Shown here piece after piece: positions 52,301-63,955 of a stretch of 64,000 bases of DNA (position 1 is its first letter; every line of letters begins with the position of its first letter). This DNA is from Macrostomum lignano (lineage: Eukaryota). The notes below the pieces were generated by a model, which saw only the letters and a program-made list of their open reading frames with translations, did not search any database and had not been told where the DNA came from. The position numbers and the translations under genes are program-made. The stretch spans positions 721,992 through 785,991 of the forward strand of contig NIVC01000105.1 in the NCBI GenBank assembly GCA_002269645.1. Reading direction: 5' to 3'.

Positions 52301-53210
52301 GCCTCATTTAAAAACTAATGAAAGTGTCATTTAAAAAATTAAGAAGCGTCACGGTAGAATAAAAGAAACGTCATGTCAGACATGAAGGGTTCATGTAAAA
52401 ATTAAATGCAACTATAATGCTGTGCTGGGGAGAAAAACTGAGACGTCAAGGCTCTCAGAGAATAACTGAGATTACGGGGGGGGGGGTTTCTGAGATGTCA
52501 AAGCAAAAGTCAGAAGCTACTTCAAAGTTCATGTACTTTACTCCATTTTTTTATTGCATTCTTTGTTGGCTCGTCACGGGGGGGGGCGCTGATAGAAGAA
52601 AAGTCATGTAAAAAATAAAAGTAGCACTATGTATACATAAAAGAAAAGTCATGTCGAAGTTAAAAGATTCATTTGGGAATTGCTACGATGTCAAAGCTTG
52701 GTGGAAATCGTTATAGTGCTGTGATTCTTAAAGAAAGAATCACTAAAATGTTAAGGCTTAGGGGAGAAGAATTGCTGAGATTTCAAGGCTTTAGGTTGGG
52801 TTAAAGTTAGGTTTAGGTCAGGTGTGGGTTGAGGGTTATATTTTATCGGGTTTCAAGGTTAACAGGGGATTTTTTAGATTTCAAGGTTTATGGGGGCCAT
52901 TGCTGACATGTCAAGGCTTACGGGGGGAATAGCTGAGATGTCAAGGCTCACGGGGGTATAAATGAGATTTCAAGGCTAAAGTCAGAAGCTACATGTAGTT
53001 TATTGAAAACTTTTTATTACATAATTTGATGCCTCCTCAGGGGAGGGATCGCTGATAAAAAAGCGTAATGTAAAAAATAAAAGAAGCTTCATGTCGAAGT
53101 TAAGAGATTCATTTGGGAATCCCTACGATGTTGAGGCTTGCAAGGAATCGCTATAATGCTGTAGTAGTGCTATAATGACTCTTAGGGAGAATTACTGAAA
53201 TTTCAATGCT

Positions 53211-53272
53211 TTAGGGTTAGGTTAGGGTTAGGGTTAGGGTTAGGGTTAGGGTTAGGCTAGGGTTAGGGTTAG
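53211..53272 (+). repeat. Interstitial (TTAGGG)~10 telomere-like tract
   Basis: Read directly; lies inside Helitron unit 1. Confidence 0.9.
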
Positions 53273-53484
53273 AAGGTTGACAGATATTTTTAGATTTCCA
53301 AGGCTTATTGGGGGCATTGCTGAGATGTCAAGGGGGGAAGTTGATATGTTAAAGCTTGTGGGGGGGATAACTGACATGTCAAGGCTTACAAGGTTTGACA
53401 GGAGATTTCAAGAATACATGTAGCTTATTAAAAAAACGTGTATTGCATTTCTTTGGCTCCCCAACGGGGGGCGTAGATTGCTAG

Positions 53485-55631
53485 TTAATATACTAAAAAT
53501 GGTCTGTTTGTGTGTGCGTGCGTGTGTGATCGATTTTAGCAAAAACGGCTGAACCGATTTTCTTCAAACTTGCACCATTCGATCAGCAATTTTTCCGTGA
53601 CGGTACATGCATCGTGGCTAAGAAATTGCTCGATGCTAAAGCGATTAAATATTCGAAAAACATGCTTTTTTGCAAAGGTCAAGCAGCTCTTTCGACTTGA
53701 AATGCATTGTATGAATGCTAGCAGAAAAACTGACTGGTTGAATTCTGATTCTGAAATAGATTGCATCACAATACACTTTATTTATCCTCTGTGTACTGGC
53801 TGAATTTGACACTCAATTGAATTGCGTCACAGCTTTGAGTGTGAAAGCATAGCGCAGTACTGAATTTATATTACGTAACCATATTGTAAACTTTCATAGA
53901 CACTGGTACTGACTTGCCTAAGAAATTGATTATGTCATAACTGCTTCGTGAGACTTTTTACTCTACCTGACTTGGTGTGAGTGTTGAATTATATAAGTGG
54001 TACAACATCACTGATAACTTCGATGAGAGCTAGCCTAGAGCTGAACAGACCAGACTGCTAATGCAGCGACCTGGGTTCGAATCTAAGTAGTTTAAAAGTA
54101 GTAGTGTAAAATTTTTTATTAAAAGGTTTTATTAAAGGACTAAATAAAAACACTTAGATTACTGCACTCGATAAGCCAAGGATTATTGCTATTAATAAAC
54201 CAAGGACTACTGCACTCGATAAACCAAGGACTATTGCTCTTGGCAAACCAAGGATTACTGCACTCAAGAAGTCAAGGATTATTGCTATTAATAAACCAAG
54301 GATTACTGCACTTGGAAAACCAAGGATTACTGCACTCGATAAACCAAGGACTATTGCTCTTGGCAAACCAAGGATTACTGCACTCAAGAAGCCAAGGATT
54401 ATTGCACTTAGAAAACCAAGGATTACTGCACTCAAGAAGCCAAGGATTATTGCACTTGGAAAACCAAGGATTACTGCACTCAAGAAGCCAAGGATTATTG
54501 CTCTTGGCAAACCAAGGATTACTGCACTCAAGAAGCCAAGGATTATTGCACTTGGAAAACCAAGGATTACTGCACTCGATAAACCAAGGACTATTGCACT
54601 TGATAAACCAAGGATTATTGCACTTGATAGGCCAAGGATTACTGCACTTGATAAACCAAGGATTATTGCACTTGATAAACCAAGGATTACTGCACTTGAT
54701 AAGCCAAGGATTACTGCGCTTGATAAACCAAGGATTATTGCACTTGATAAACCAAGGATTATTGCACTTGATAAACCAAGGATTATTGCACTTGATAAAC
54801 AAAGGATTATTGCACTTGATAGGCCAAAGATTACTGCGCTTGATAAACCAAGGATTATTGCACTTGATTAATCAAGGATTATTGTTATTAATAAACCAAG
54901 GATTATTGCACTAGCTGAGAAGCTGATTACTGCGCTGTCTAAAAAAGAGATTATTGCGCTCGCTGAGACGTGGATTGTTGCACAACCTGAGAAAGCGATT
55001 ATTGCATTAGCGGAAGTAACATTTGCACTAGCTACTTGCTGTCTCGTGGATGCTTGCTCTCGAGGGGGGATACTTGCTATTTGGTAGAGGGGGTACTGGC
55101 TACATGCATGGGATTCTTTCTATCCAGGGATGCTTGCTATTTAGGGATTCTTGCTATCTGCAGGATGCTTGCTATTTAGGGATTCTTGCTATCTGCAGGA
55201 TGCTTGCTATCTGGGTGGATGCTTCTATAATATCTGGGGGGTGCTTGCTATCTGCAGGATGCTTCTATAATATCTGGGGGGTGCTTGCTAATCTGCAGAT
55301 GCTTGCTATCTGTGGTGATTCTTGCTATGAGCATTAGAGGATGCTTGCTATCTGCGATTGTTCACTTTTGGAGGGGGTTGCTTGCTGTCTTGGGAATATT
55401 TTCTATTTAGGGAAACGATATTTTGTTGACTGTTTGTTAATTTTAGAGAAAAAGTGATTTTTTAATTTTGCAAACATCTTAGTCCGTGACAATTTTACAC
55501 GAATAAGGTGATTTTTAAAATGTGAAGAAGGAATTAGTGTTTAAGAAAATGTGTTTTTTATTGTTTTCCATGAACTATTTTTGCTCCTTTCTTATTGGGC
55601 GCCCCGAAGGGGGGCCGCACTAGATTGCTAG
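53485..55631 (+). mobile_element. Non-autonomous Helitron unit 2
   Basis: Starts right after the CTAG of unit 1 (TTAATATACTAAAAATG); shares the ~600-bp 5' block; ends GCCCCGAAGGGGGGC...GATTGCTAG. Confidence 0.8.
54156..54912. repeat. 24-bp satellite AAACCAAGGATTA(C/T)TGCACT(T/C)GAT, about 31 copies
   Basis: Read directly from the sequence. Confidence 0.96.
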
Positions 55632-56221
55632 TCCCATATACTAAAAATGAAATGTCTGTAGCTATGCGATAGATTTCAGAAAAATTGGCTCAACCGATTT
55701 TCTTCAAACTTGCACCATTCGATCAGAAATTTTCCTGGGACGGTACATGCATCTTGGCTAAGAAATTGCTCAATGTTAAAGGGATTAAATATTCGAAAAA
55801 CATGCTTTTTTGCAAAGGTCAAGCCAAATTTTCGACTTGAAATGCATTGTAAGAATGCTAGAGAAAAAACTGACTGACTGAATTCCGATTGTGATAAAGA
55901 TTGCATCACAACAAGTTGAAAACAGTGCCGAAGAAATGCACACACGACTTGATTTAAATTGCGTAACCATATTGCTAACTTGAATTGAGACTGATACTGG
56001 CTGACTGAGAAATTGATTATGTCATAACTTTTTACTCTAATTGACTTGCTGTAAGAATTGAATTATGAGGGCCAAAATTCATGTTCTCCAATTGAAAAGA
56101 GATAGCCCTGATGCGAACAGACTGGAATGCTAATGTAGCAACCTGGGTTCGAATCTTAGTAGTACAAAAAGATTTTTTTTATTAAAACACCTTAAAAACA
56201 CAACAAAACTGCTAAACATCA

Positions 56222-56905
56222 AAGAAGCGCAATGTCAAACATAGAAGAGCCAACATATCGAACATAAAAGAGTTACCATATCAAACATAGAAGAGCCACC
56301 ATGTCGAACATTAAAGAGCCACTATGTAGAATATTGAAGAGCCACCATAAAGAACATTAAGAGCCACCATGTCAAACATTTAGAAGGTTCCATGTCAAAG
56401 ATTTAAGAGCCACCATGTCAAACATTTAAGAGCCACCCTGTCAAACATAAAAGAGCCGCCATGTCAAACATAAAAGAGCCACCATGTCAAACATAAAAGA
56501 GCCACCATGTCAAACATTTAAGAGCCACCATGTCGAACATAAAAGAGCCACCATGTCAAACACAAAAGAGCCACCATTTCGAACATTAAAGAGCCACCAT
56601 TTCGAACATTAAAGAGCCACCATTTTGAACATTTAAGAGCCACCATGTCAAACAATTAGAAGCCACCATGTCAAACATAAAAGAGCCACCATGTCAAACC
56701 TAAAGAACCACCATGTCAAACATTTAGGAGCCACCATGTCAAACATTTAGGAGCCACCATGTCATTAAAACATTAAAGAGCCACATTGTTAAACATAGAA
56801 GAGCCACCATGTCTAACATTAAAGAACCACCATGTCAAACATTAAAGAGCCACCATGTCTAACATTAAAGAGCCACCATGTCTAACAGTAAAAAGCCACC
56901 ATGTC
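56222..56905. repeat. 22-23 bp satellite AAGAGCCACCATGTCAAACAT(A/T)
   Basis: About 30 degenerate copies. Confidence 0.93.
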
Positions 56906-56906
56906 G

Positions 56907-57590
56907 CCTGCTATCTGGGGGTGCTTGCTATCTGGGAGAGCCTGCTATCTGGGGGTGCTTGCTATCTGGTGGTGCTTGCTATCTGGAGGTGCTTGCTATC
57001 TGGGGGTGCCTGCTATCTGGGGGTGCCTGCTATCTGGGGGTGCTAGCTATCTGGTGGTGCTTGCTATCTGGTGGTGCTTGCTATCTGGGGGTGCTTGCTA
57101 TCTGGGGTGCTTGCTATCTGGGGGTGCTTGCTATCTGGGGTGCTTGCTATCTGGGGGTGCTTGCTATCTGGGGTGCTTGCTATCTGGGGGTGCCTGCTAT
57201 CTGGGGGTGCCTGCTATCTGGGGTCGCTTGCTATCTGGGGGTGCTTGCTATCTGGGGTGCTTGCTATCTGGGGGTGCTTGCTATCTGGGGTCGCTTGCTA
57301 TCTGGGGTGCTTGCTATCTGGGGGTGCTTGCTATCTGGGGTGCTTGCTATCTGGGGGATGCTTGCTATCTGGGGGGGTGCCTGCTATCTGGGGGCTGCTT
57401 GCTATCTGGGGGATGCTTGCTATCTGGGGGGTGCTTGCTATCTGGGGGTTCTTGCTATCTGGGGTGCTTGCTATCTGGGGGATGCTTGCTATCTGGGGGG
57501 TGCCTGCTATCTGGGGGGTGCTTGCTATCTGGGGGGATGCTTGCTATCTGGGGGTGCTTGCTATCTGGGGGGTGCCTGCGATCTGTGGGT
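56907..57590. repeat. 17-18 bp satellite GC(T/C)TGCTATCTGGGG(G)T
   Basis: About 38 copies. Confidence 0.95.
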
Positions 57591-58371
57591 ATGCTTGCTG
57601 TCTTAGGATGTTTTCTTTTCGCATTGCACTTCATCTGAGCAGTTTTTCTATTGACTATGTGAAGGCTTTGTTTGGCCATCTTATTGATACTTGTAGAGAA
57701 CAGAGATTCTATCTAGATGTCCCCCATCGGGGGGCGAAGATTGCTAGTATTGTAACGAAATATCCGATGATTAGTATATTTAACGATTGCACCAGTATAT
57801 TAGGAATTGGACGACAACAACTTAGCCATACATCACACCTACGTCTCACCAAGGTATAACTTAATAGATAGCAGCATTTAAATTTGTGCCAAGAAGACTC
57901 CGATAAAACAAAATCTATGCATTTTAACTTTGATTTATAAACAGAAGAAAACAGTTAATAAATAAATTACATACATACAGTTGATAATGGAAATTACGAA
58001 ACCGTTACAGACGACTCAAGAATCTTGTTCGCAATATTAAATTTTAGTTTTCGCAGACAGTTTTGCAACTTATTAATTTTTTGACCTGGTTACATGCACA
58101 TTGCCCTAGTAAACATTGCTAAGTATCTTTCTAAAAAAATCGAAAGCAAATTAATGTGGTGCAACACATGCCTACGAGTATAAAATACACTTTGTAGCGT
58201 TACCGTGTGGATAATTGGACTATCCCTTAGACCATAAAGCCGTGACAAACACTGCTATTTGAAATTGTAGCATGCTAAATATTATAACAACATGGGTAAT
58301 TAATATTATTGCGAAAGCTTGATATTGTACAAAAATTTGCATAAAAATATACTAAAAATAAAAATAAACTT

Positions 58372-58938
58372 ACTTAATCCGTTTCAATTGCAATAAAAAA
58401 CAATACTACGTGGATATTGCATAGCGCCTTTGCAGCAAATGGATCTTTGACAAGAAAGTCCATTATAGTTGATATAATAAGTGGCGAATGTGTGAAAATC
58501 GATTGGAATATAAAAGTGGGCTTTGTAAAATCTATTTTTAAAAATGGCGCAAGTATCGCACCCCATTTACCCTGTTGGCGAAAAGAAAAAAGTACAGAAA
58601 CGTACTTTCCCAACCTTTGGCACAGTGCGGTGCAATCATTTCTTCATGGATTCATTTGAAAAGTTTGCTAAATTATGTGGAACAAATTATGCTCTTCAAA
58701 ATATCAAACGGCGAAAGAATTCACGCAAGCGTTATGCCCCCAAAAGCTATCACATTGCTATTTTCGCACTATCTTCTCATCGGCAATTTTCAATGCTCTG
58801 TGAAAAAAAATGTACGCGGAACTTGGAGAAAACCTCGTGGCGAATATTCATAATAAAGAAGTTTATTTGTTAGACATATTTTTTGCGATGGCGAATTGTT
58901 TTTTTAAAATTATGTGATAGTGATTCGCTAGCGAAACG
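58372..58938. repeat. Inner inverted arm (right) of the foldback element
   Basis: Reverse complement of 39750-40316. Confidence 0.92.
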
Positions 58939-59489
58939 TGAGTCATTCTAGGTGCAACCAGTCCGGAGTTATGAGCATTTAAAGTTTAGCTGCAATGCAA
59001 ACAAGCGGGCCTTCAAATAATTTTGCAATATTTACGAGTGTTGCATCCTGATACAACGGTAACTTCTAGTGGTCCTTGGATTTGCATTGCAGCATTTCTA
59101 CTCACAATTCATAATCTTCAACGGTTGCCATAAAAAGAGACGAAAGTTTCTTTCATAACATACAGAAATAGCAGTGTTGTGTGCATTATGATCGGAATTC
59201 GCTCACTCATCTACTGCAAGTAGCAAAACAGGATGAAGCCGTTTATATTTCAACAATTACACTATACAGTAGAAGGAACTCATATAAATTGCAAGTAAAT
59301 TAAAACTTATTAGTATAATTGTAATTTAACTATTTGCACATTGCAAAACTTGCAATTGAATTAGTAGTGCATTGCTAAAATTGCAAGTACCTTGCCAATC
59401 ATCACGCAATTTTATTGTAAGAATTGCAAATTTTTTATATATTCACTTGCAAGATTTCCCAATTGTTCGCAATTTTAGTCGTCAGGTGC

Positions 59490-60180
59490 AATGCCGAATA
59501 TGGCTGGATCCGCTGATGAAACGGGCCATTCGACTTTGGTAGCTCGCTTACTTATGTCATCGGCTGAAGCCATTATTGAATTCGGCGAAGAGGCCATTCG
59601 CGACGAAACTGTATTTAACCAGCTTGTATGTTTGTTTTTTATTTTTATCTGATTTCTTCTAATGTACATGCTTTGTCGTTGCATGTTTTTGTTTCTTCTA
59701 TGCCGCAAAATATTTTAGAAACAGCTGGCCCGCTATATCTGCTGCTCGGACCTTCGCCGATCCATTCGTGATTTTTTCTTCGGCTTGCTCCACCTGACGT
59801 TTGGCGAAACTTTAACCTCCAAGGCCGCAAAAATAAGCTTGCAATTCCTAAAAGGATCGTCTCTGCAATGGAAAGTATCAGTTGTGCTGTGGGCCTGTGA
59901 CAGAACCTAAATTTTATATATCACTACATCTAAATACATCTGAAAGTTTCACTCACCTCATTTTTTTCAGCTGCAATTCTATCGTCACAGACGCTAAAGC
60001 GTCAATTGAGCAGCAAGCAAGCGGTTTCGTCTGTGATTGGCGACGTCTTCAAACATATTGGCGAAAAGTGTCAGGACTCTGAAGCAGCCGTTCCGCCCGA
60101 ACCTTTGTCCAAATCAATGCGTGTTCCTCGGAGAGCAAACTGTACGAAGAAGGCGACGACTGAGTTTTTAAACAGCTTTT
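59490..60180 (+). pseudogene. Possible remnant of a spliced transposon accessory gene
   Basis: Short GT-AG-bounded coding-like segments (MPNMAGS...VFNQL; AVSSVIGDVFKHIGEK) after an AATTGC-rich tract; contains stops. Confidence 0.3.
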
Positions 60181-60724
60181 TTATTTTAGGGATTGATAAG
60201 TGCTTGGTTTCTCGTTGTGAAGGGACTCATTCGCCGGAAATTTAGGGAGCTTATCTTTTAGCCAACCCCAGCCAATTTTATCCAATTTTTTATTTTAATG
60301 TACAATTCCCCAATGTGAAAATTCTAGCCTGCCTGTGGAAAATCAAGAGGAATTTAAGTTATATCAATATTTATCGCAGCTCTTAGTTTAGTCTACTCAT
60401 ATGCGCCACCGCCACCCCCCTACGCACTAGGAAACTTATTTTATCATCTGAAATGAACACAACAGATTCTTTTATTGAAATTATTGAAGGTCTAATATCG
60501 AATCACTCTCAAATGTAAACTGACCTTCAGAGCTAGCTAGAATGGAACTTGGAACCTAAAGAGTCTAGAAGTGAGTTTAAATGTGCCAATTACAGTAGTT
60601 AAATGAAATGAATAGATCAGGTTGGCTACAGACTTTACAAAGTACCTTACATGTAAAATGCAAATGTTGAGCCAGCCACTACGAGTATTTTTGCGTTTAA
60701 ACTATTATTTTATTAACTACAAAA

Positions 60725-61466
60725 GATTAGCAACTAATCTGTATCAATTGCTAATTTACTGTGTATTTGGTAGGCCTTGCGTTCGTCTGTAAAATTTAGC
60801 ACGATCGATAATTTCAAGTTCTCCCGCCAGCCAATGAAAATTCTCCGCGTGTATTATGCTAGCCCTCTGCGCTCTTTAGCTCGTATTAACCCCCGCCTGG
60901 CGGCGGGCTGGGGGGCCTTCACCTGGGCGTTCTCTTTGCTTCCTTGCGGCCCTTGTGTTTTCGTCTCGTTTTCCTTCTCTCGCCTGGCTGCCTCGAGCCT
61001 CCTTATCTCACGCCACGGCTCCTCTGTCTGGGCCCGCCTGTTTACACACCGTTACTCCACTGTGTACTGCCACGGCTAACGCCATTCTCGCCGCTACTTA
61101 TCTGCCCGTCTACTTGCTACTCACTGCTTCCACTGTGCTCATCGCCATCACCCACCACGTTACGTCACCATTGTATCCTTCGTCTGCTACTCGACTTCAT
61201 CATTCTAAATTACCTTCAAAACCATTGTTGCCGCCGCCAGTGTTCCAAAGCGCGATAAGTTTTGTAATGACATTAACCAGTTCTAATATTGATCTTAACA
61301 ATAAATTAACTACGGCAGTTTCCTGCCCTTATACGCCGAGTGCTCCGGTACACAATCTGTTTTGCAAGAATTGACTTCGATTCATTTTGGGACTACAACG
61401 ACTTACGACAATTCTCGTCAAACGGCCCTTTTTAAGGGTCCTAGCCACTACGCCAAAAACGTGACA
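60725..61466 (+). repeat. 5' LTR of Gypsy copy 2 (diverged; 5' boundary uncertain)
   Basis: Shares GCACGATCGATAAT, AGCCAATGAAAA, CCCCGCCTGGCGGCGG, AAACCATTGTTGC, AAGTGCTCCG and AACGTGACA with the other two LTRs; followed by the PBS. Confidence 0.85.
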
Positions 61467-61472
61467 TAATTT

Positions 61473-61490
61473 TGGAGGTCCCACCGAGAC
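61473..61490 (+). promoter_or_regulatory. Primer-binding site complementary to the tRNA-Gln 3' end
   Basis: TGGAGGTCCCACCGAGAC is the reverse complement of GTCTCGGTGGGACCT-CCA, the eukaryotic tRNA-Gln acceptor end as I recall it; 6 nt after the LTR. Confidence 0.85.
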
Positions 61491-61838
61491 TCCTGCTCAA
61501 CACTGCCGGCTTGCAACTAATCACCACCAAGGCTTCTTCTGCTCAGCACTGCCAGCTCACAATCAAGCGCCATCAAGACTTCTGCTCAGCCCTGCCAGTT
61601 CGCAACCAAGCGCCAGCGAGACTCCTGCTCAGCTCTGCCGGCTCGTGACTGAGCACCTGCCTGCCTCGTCTCCGTGTCGGTCCGCAAGGCTGCGAGAGCC
61701 TGTGCCACGCCTGAGGGACGGTCCGCAAGGCTGCGAGAGCCTGTGCCACGCCTGAGGGACGGTCCGCAAGGCTGCGAGAGCTGTGCCACGCCTGAGGGAC
61801 GGTCCGCAAGGCTGCGAGAGCCTGTGCCACGTCAGGGG
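61487..61838 (+). repeat. Two tandem arrays in the Gypsy 5' leader (4 x ~45-50 bp; 4 x 41 bp)
   Basis: GACT(C/T)CTGCTCA.C.CTGCC.G.. units, then CGGTCCGCAAGGCTGCGAGAGCCTGTGCCACGCCTGAGGGA at 61678, 61719, 61760 and 61800. Confidence 0.9.
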
Positions 61839-62192
61839 TTGTCGTCGCTAGACAGCGCTGGTCGTTGCCCTGAGCAACGCGCGCTGTCAACTGCGTTGAG
61901 CTCGAGCTTACGCTCTGCCAAGATAGCTCCGCTGCGTGTGCCAAGCCACGCCAGGTTACGCTGTGCGCTGATTGTTTGTAGGGACTATTGCCTGACAGTT
62001 AGTCTGGGTGGTTTGCGTGATAGGACTTTCCCCTATTATAGGCTTTTTTGTGGTTTGCCCCTGTCAGGCACGTATTTTTATTAGTAGGACGCGATCTCTC
62101 TCGTCTCTCTCGCGTCATCAACCTCAATTCGTTTTCTCTGGAACCTTATTTTTGTTCACGCTTGTTTCATTCGTCTCACTCAATCTTGCACA

Positions 62193-63955
62193 ATGTCCGA
62201 CAATGGGGACAACCACGCCGCAGCGTCATTGGCTGACGGAGATGCCGTCGTGCCAGATCAGGACGCAGTCCATGCCGGCGAGCAGCCAGCAGGCGCAGCT
62301 GCTGCCGCCGCGCCAGCTCCTAGTGAGCAACTCTTGCTGACTCAAACCTTAGCCTCTCTTCACCGGATGCTCGAAGAGCGTCTCGCCGTTTCCTCGCCGT
62401 CCGCGCCAGATTCCTCGCCGCCTGCGAAGCCAGACATACGCCTTCGCCCTCCAATTGCTTATCAGCCGAAGATGAACTTCGATACGTGGGAAGCTCAGCT
62501 TACTTCGTATCTAGCCACTTGCCGCGTTCCTGAGGACCAGAAGTCCGCCATTCTCGTATCTTTACTGTCAGCCGAATGCCAAGAGGTATATCTTAATTAC
62601 CGGTGTGACCAGTTGCCTTTCGAATCTGCGCTTCGGTTGCTCAGGGAAAGGTACACCGATGCCAAGAAGGACAAGGCCTACGTAGAATTAGTTGCTGCTG
62701 TCCAATCTAATAATGAGCAAATGACTGACTTCTTTGACAGACTGGTCTCCTATTCTAGACTAGCGGGTCTCTCGCTCGCTGAAGCGAAGCCCCTACTCAA
62801 GGCCAGATTCTGTCATGGGCTGAGGGACCTAGCCGAAAAGCTTCTCTTATGGGATCAGGAAACCGACAGTGCCACCTCCGCAGAAGAGCTGATGCAGAAG
62901 GCCAAAGACTTTGTCGGGGTCCGCCAGCTTCTGCATGTGCCTTCTACTGTAGCCAAGGTTCGTGCCATAGAACCTGACGCTGAGAAGAAAGCGTTAGACC
63001 AGAGGGTCGCCGAGCTTGAGAAGATGGTGACCGACCAGGCCAATAGGTTGAGCCAGACCGCTCCGCCTGTCACCACCAATCAGGGGCCCACTCGCACAGA
63101 GCCCACTGGGGGCCCACCACAAGTTAGCCAAACCTATAGGCAACCTAGGTCAGCTCCTCGCCCTCCACGGACTTGCCACCGATGCGGCCAGACCGACCAC
63201 CTGATCGCTGACTGTCCATCGCCCTCGCCGAGACCACAGTCACCAAAGCAGCCCCGGGGGAGCCAAAATCAGCAGCCCAGCCGTGGAAAAGTCACGACTG
63301 AACTAGGAACCATTGCCACGTGGTCTCAGAATTACGGGTTCATCCAATCTGAGCACCTGCCGGAGAAATTGTTCGTGCATATTAGTCAGCTGTCTCCAGG
63401 CCTGCGTAGCCTAGTCGAGCAGCACCGCATTAGGGGGACTAGGGTGAAATTCCAGCGCCAGGTCGACCCTGGGCGCCAGCACGACAAGGCCTGTAATGTG
63501 CAACTTCAGCCAGGGGACAGTGATCCACAATGCAGACAAGGGGGGTACACGGCTGACACCTTTGAGTCTAGCTATTTCGTGCAGCTAGGAGTGGGAGACT
63601 CTAAGGTTCTGGCTTGTCTAGACTCAGGCGCCAATGGCAGCATCATGGGTGCTGACGTGAAAGCCAGACTGGTCGCAGCTGACCCCGTCAACAACATATT
63701 CACGCCTAGTGCCAATAAGCAGCGTGCCACCGCCTTCGGCGGCTCTCAGGTAGACATCCTAGGATCGCTACGCTGCGAAATCAACTTAGGTAATACGACT
63801 AAACAGCATGTATTCCTAGTCACTACTTACTGTACCACGGAAGCCCTTTAGGCATGGATTTCCTACGCAGCTTCGAGATGCTGCTGGACTTCAACTCTGG
63901 CCGAGCTTTAGTAGCAGGGGTGTCAGTGCCAGTCATTGAGGGGGGCAAGGGAATT
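62193..63955 (+). pseudogene. gag: Gypsy copy 2: gag-CCHC-CSD-protease, frameshifted and truncated
   Basis: Full Gag N-terminus. A 1-bp deletion (CCCTGTTAGG to CCCTTTAGG) gives TAG at 63849-63851. Homology with copy 1 ends at ~63955. Confidence 0.93.
63300..63503 (+). other. Cold-shock domain in Gypsy copy 2
   Basis: Same motifs as 767-970 with only two amino-acid changes. Confidence 0.88.

Larger units (their letters stand above)
50169..53484 (+). mobile_element. Non-autonomous Helitron unit 1
   Basis: A|TCCTATATACTAAAAATG start (first 48 bp duplicated); ends with a CCCCAACGGGG hairpin and GATTGCTAG|T. Confidence 0.8.
55632..57747 (+). mobile_element. Non-autonomous Helitron unit 3
   Basis: TCCCATATACTAAAAATG start; shared 5' block; ends CCCCCATCGGGGGG...GATTGCTAG|T. 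Confidence 0.82.
37174..59078 (-). mobile_element. 21.9-kb composite foldback (FB-NOF-like) DNA transposon
   Basis: 80-bp TIRs (37174-37253 and 58999-59078, 1 mismatch) starting CAAGGACC; exact 8-bp TSD GATTTGCA (37166-37173 and 59079-59086); internal NOF-like transposase. Confidence 0.88.

Noticed and set aside
53211-53272. True telomere or chromosome end
   Set aside because: About 10 imperfect units inside a Helitron, with sequence continuing on both sides.
54154-54914. Long ORFs with 8-aa repeats
   Set aside because: Translation of a 24-bp satellite, open in several frames.
56878-57859. Gly/Cys/Leu-rich ORFs (242-262 aa)
   Set aside because: Translation of the 17-18 bp satellite in three frames.
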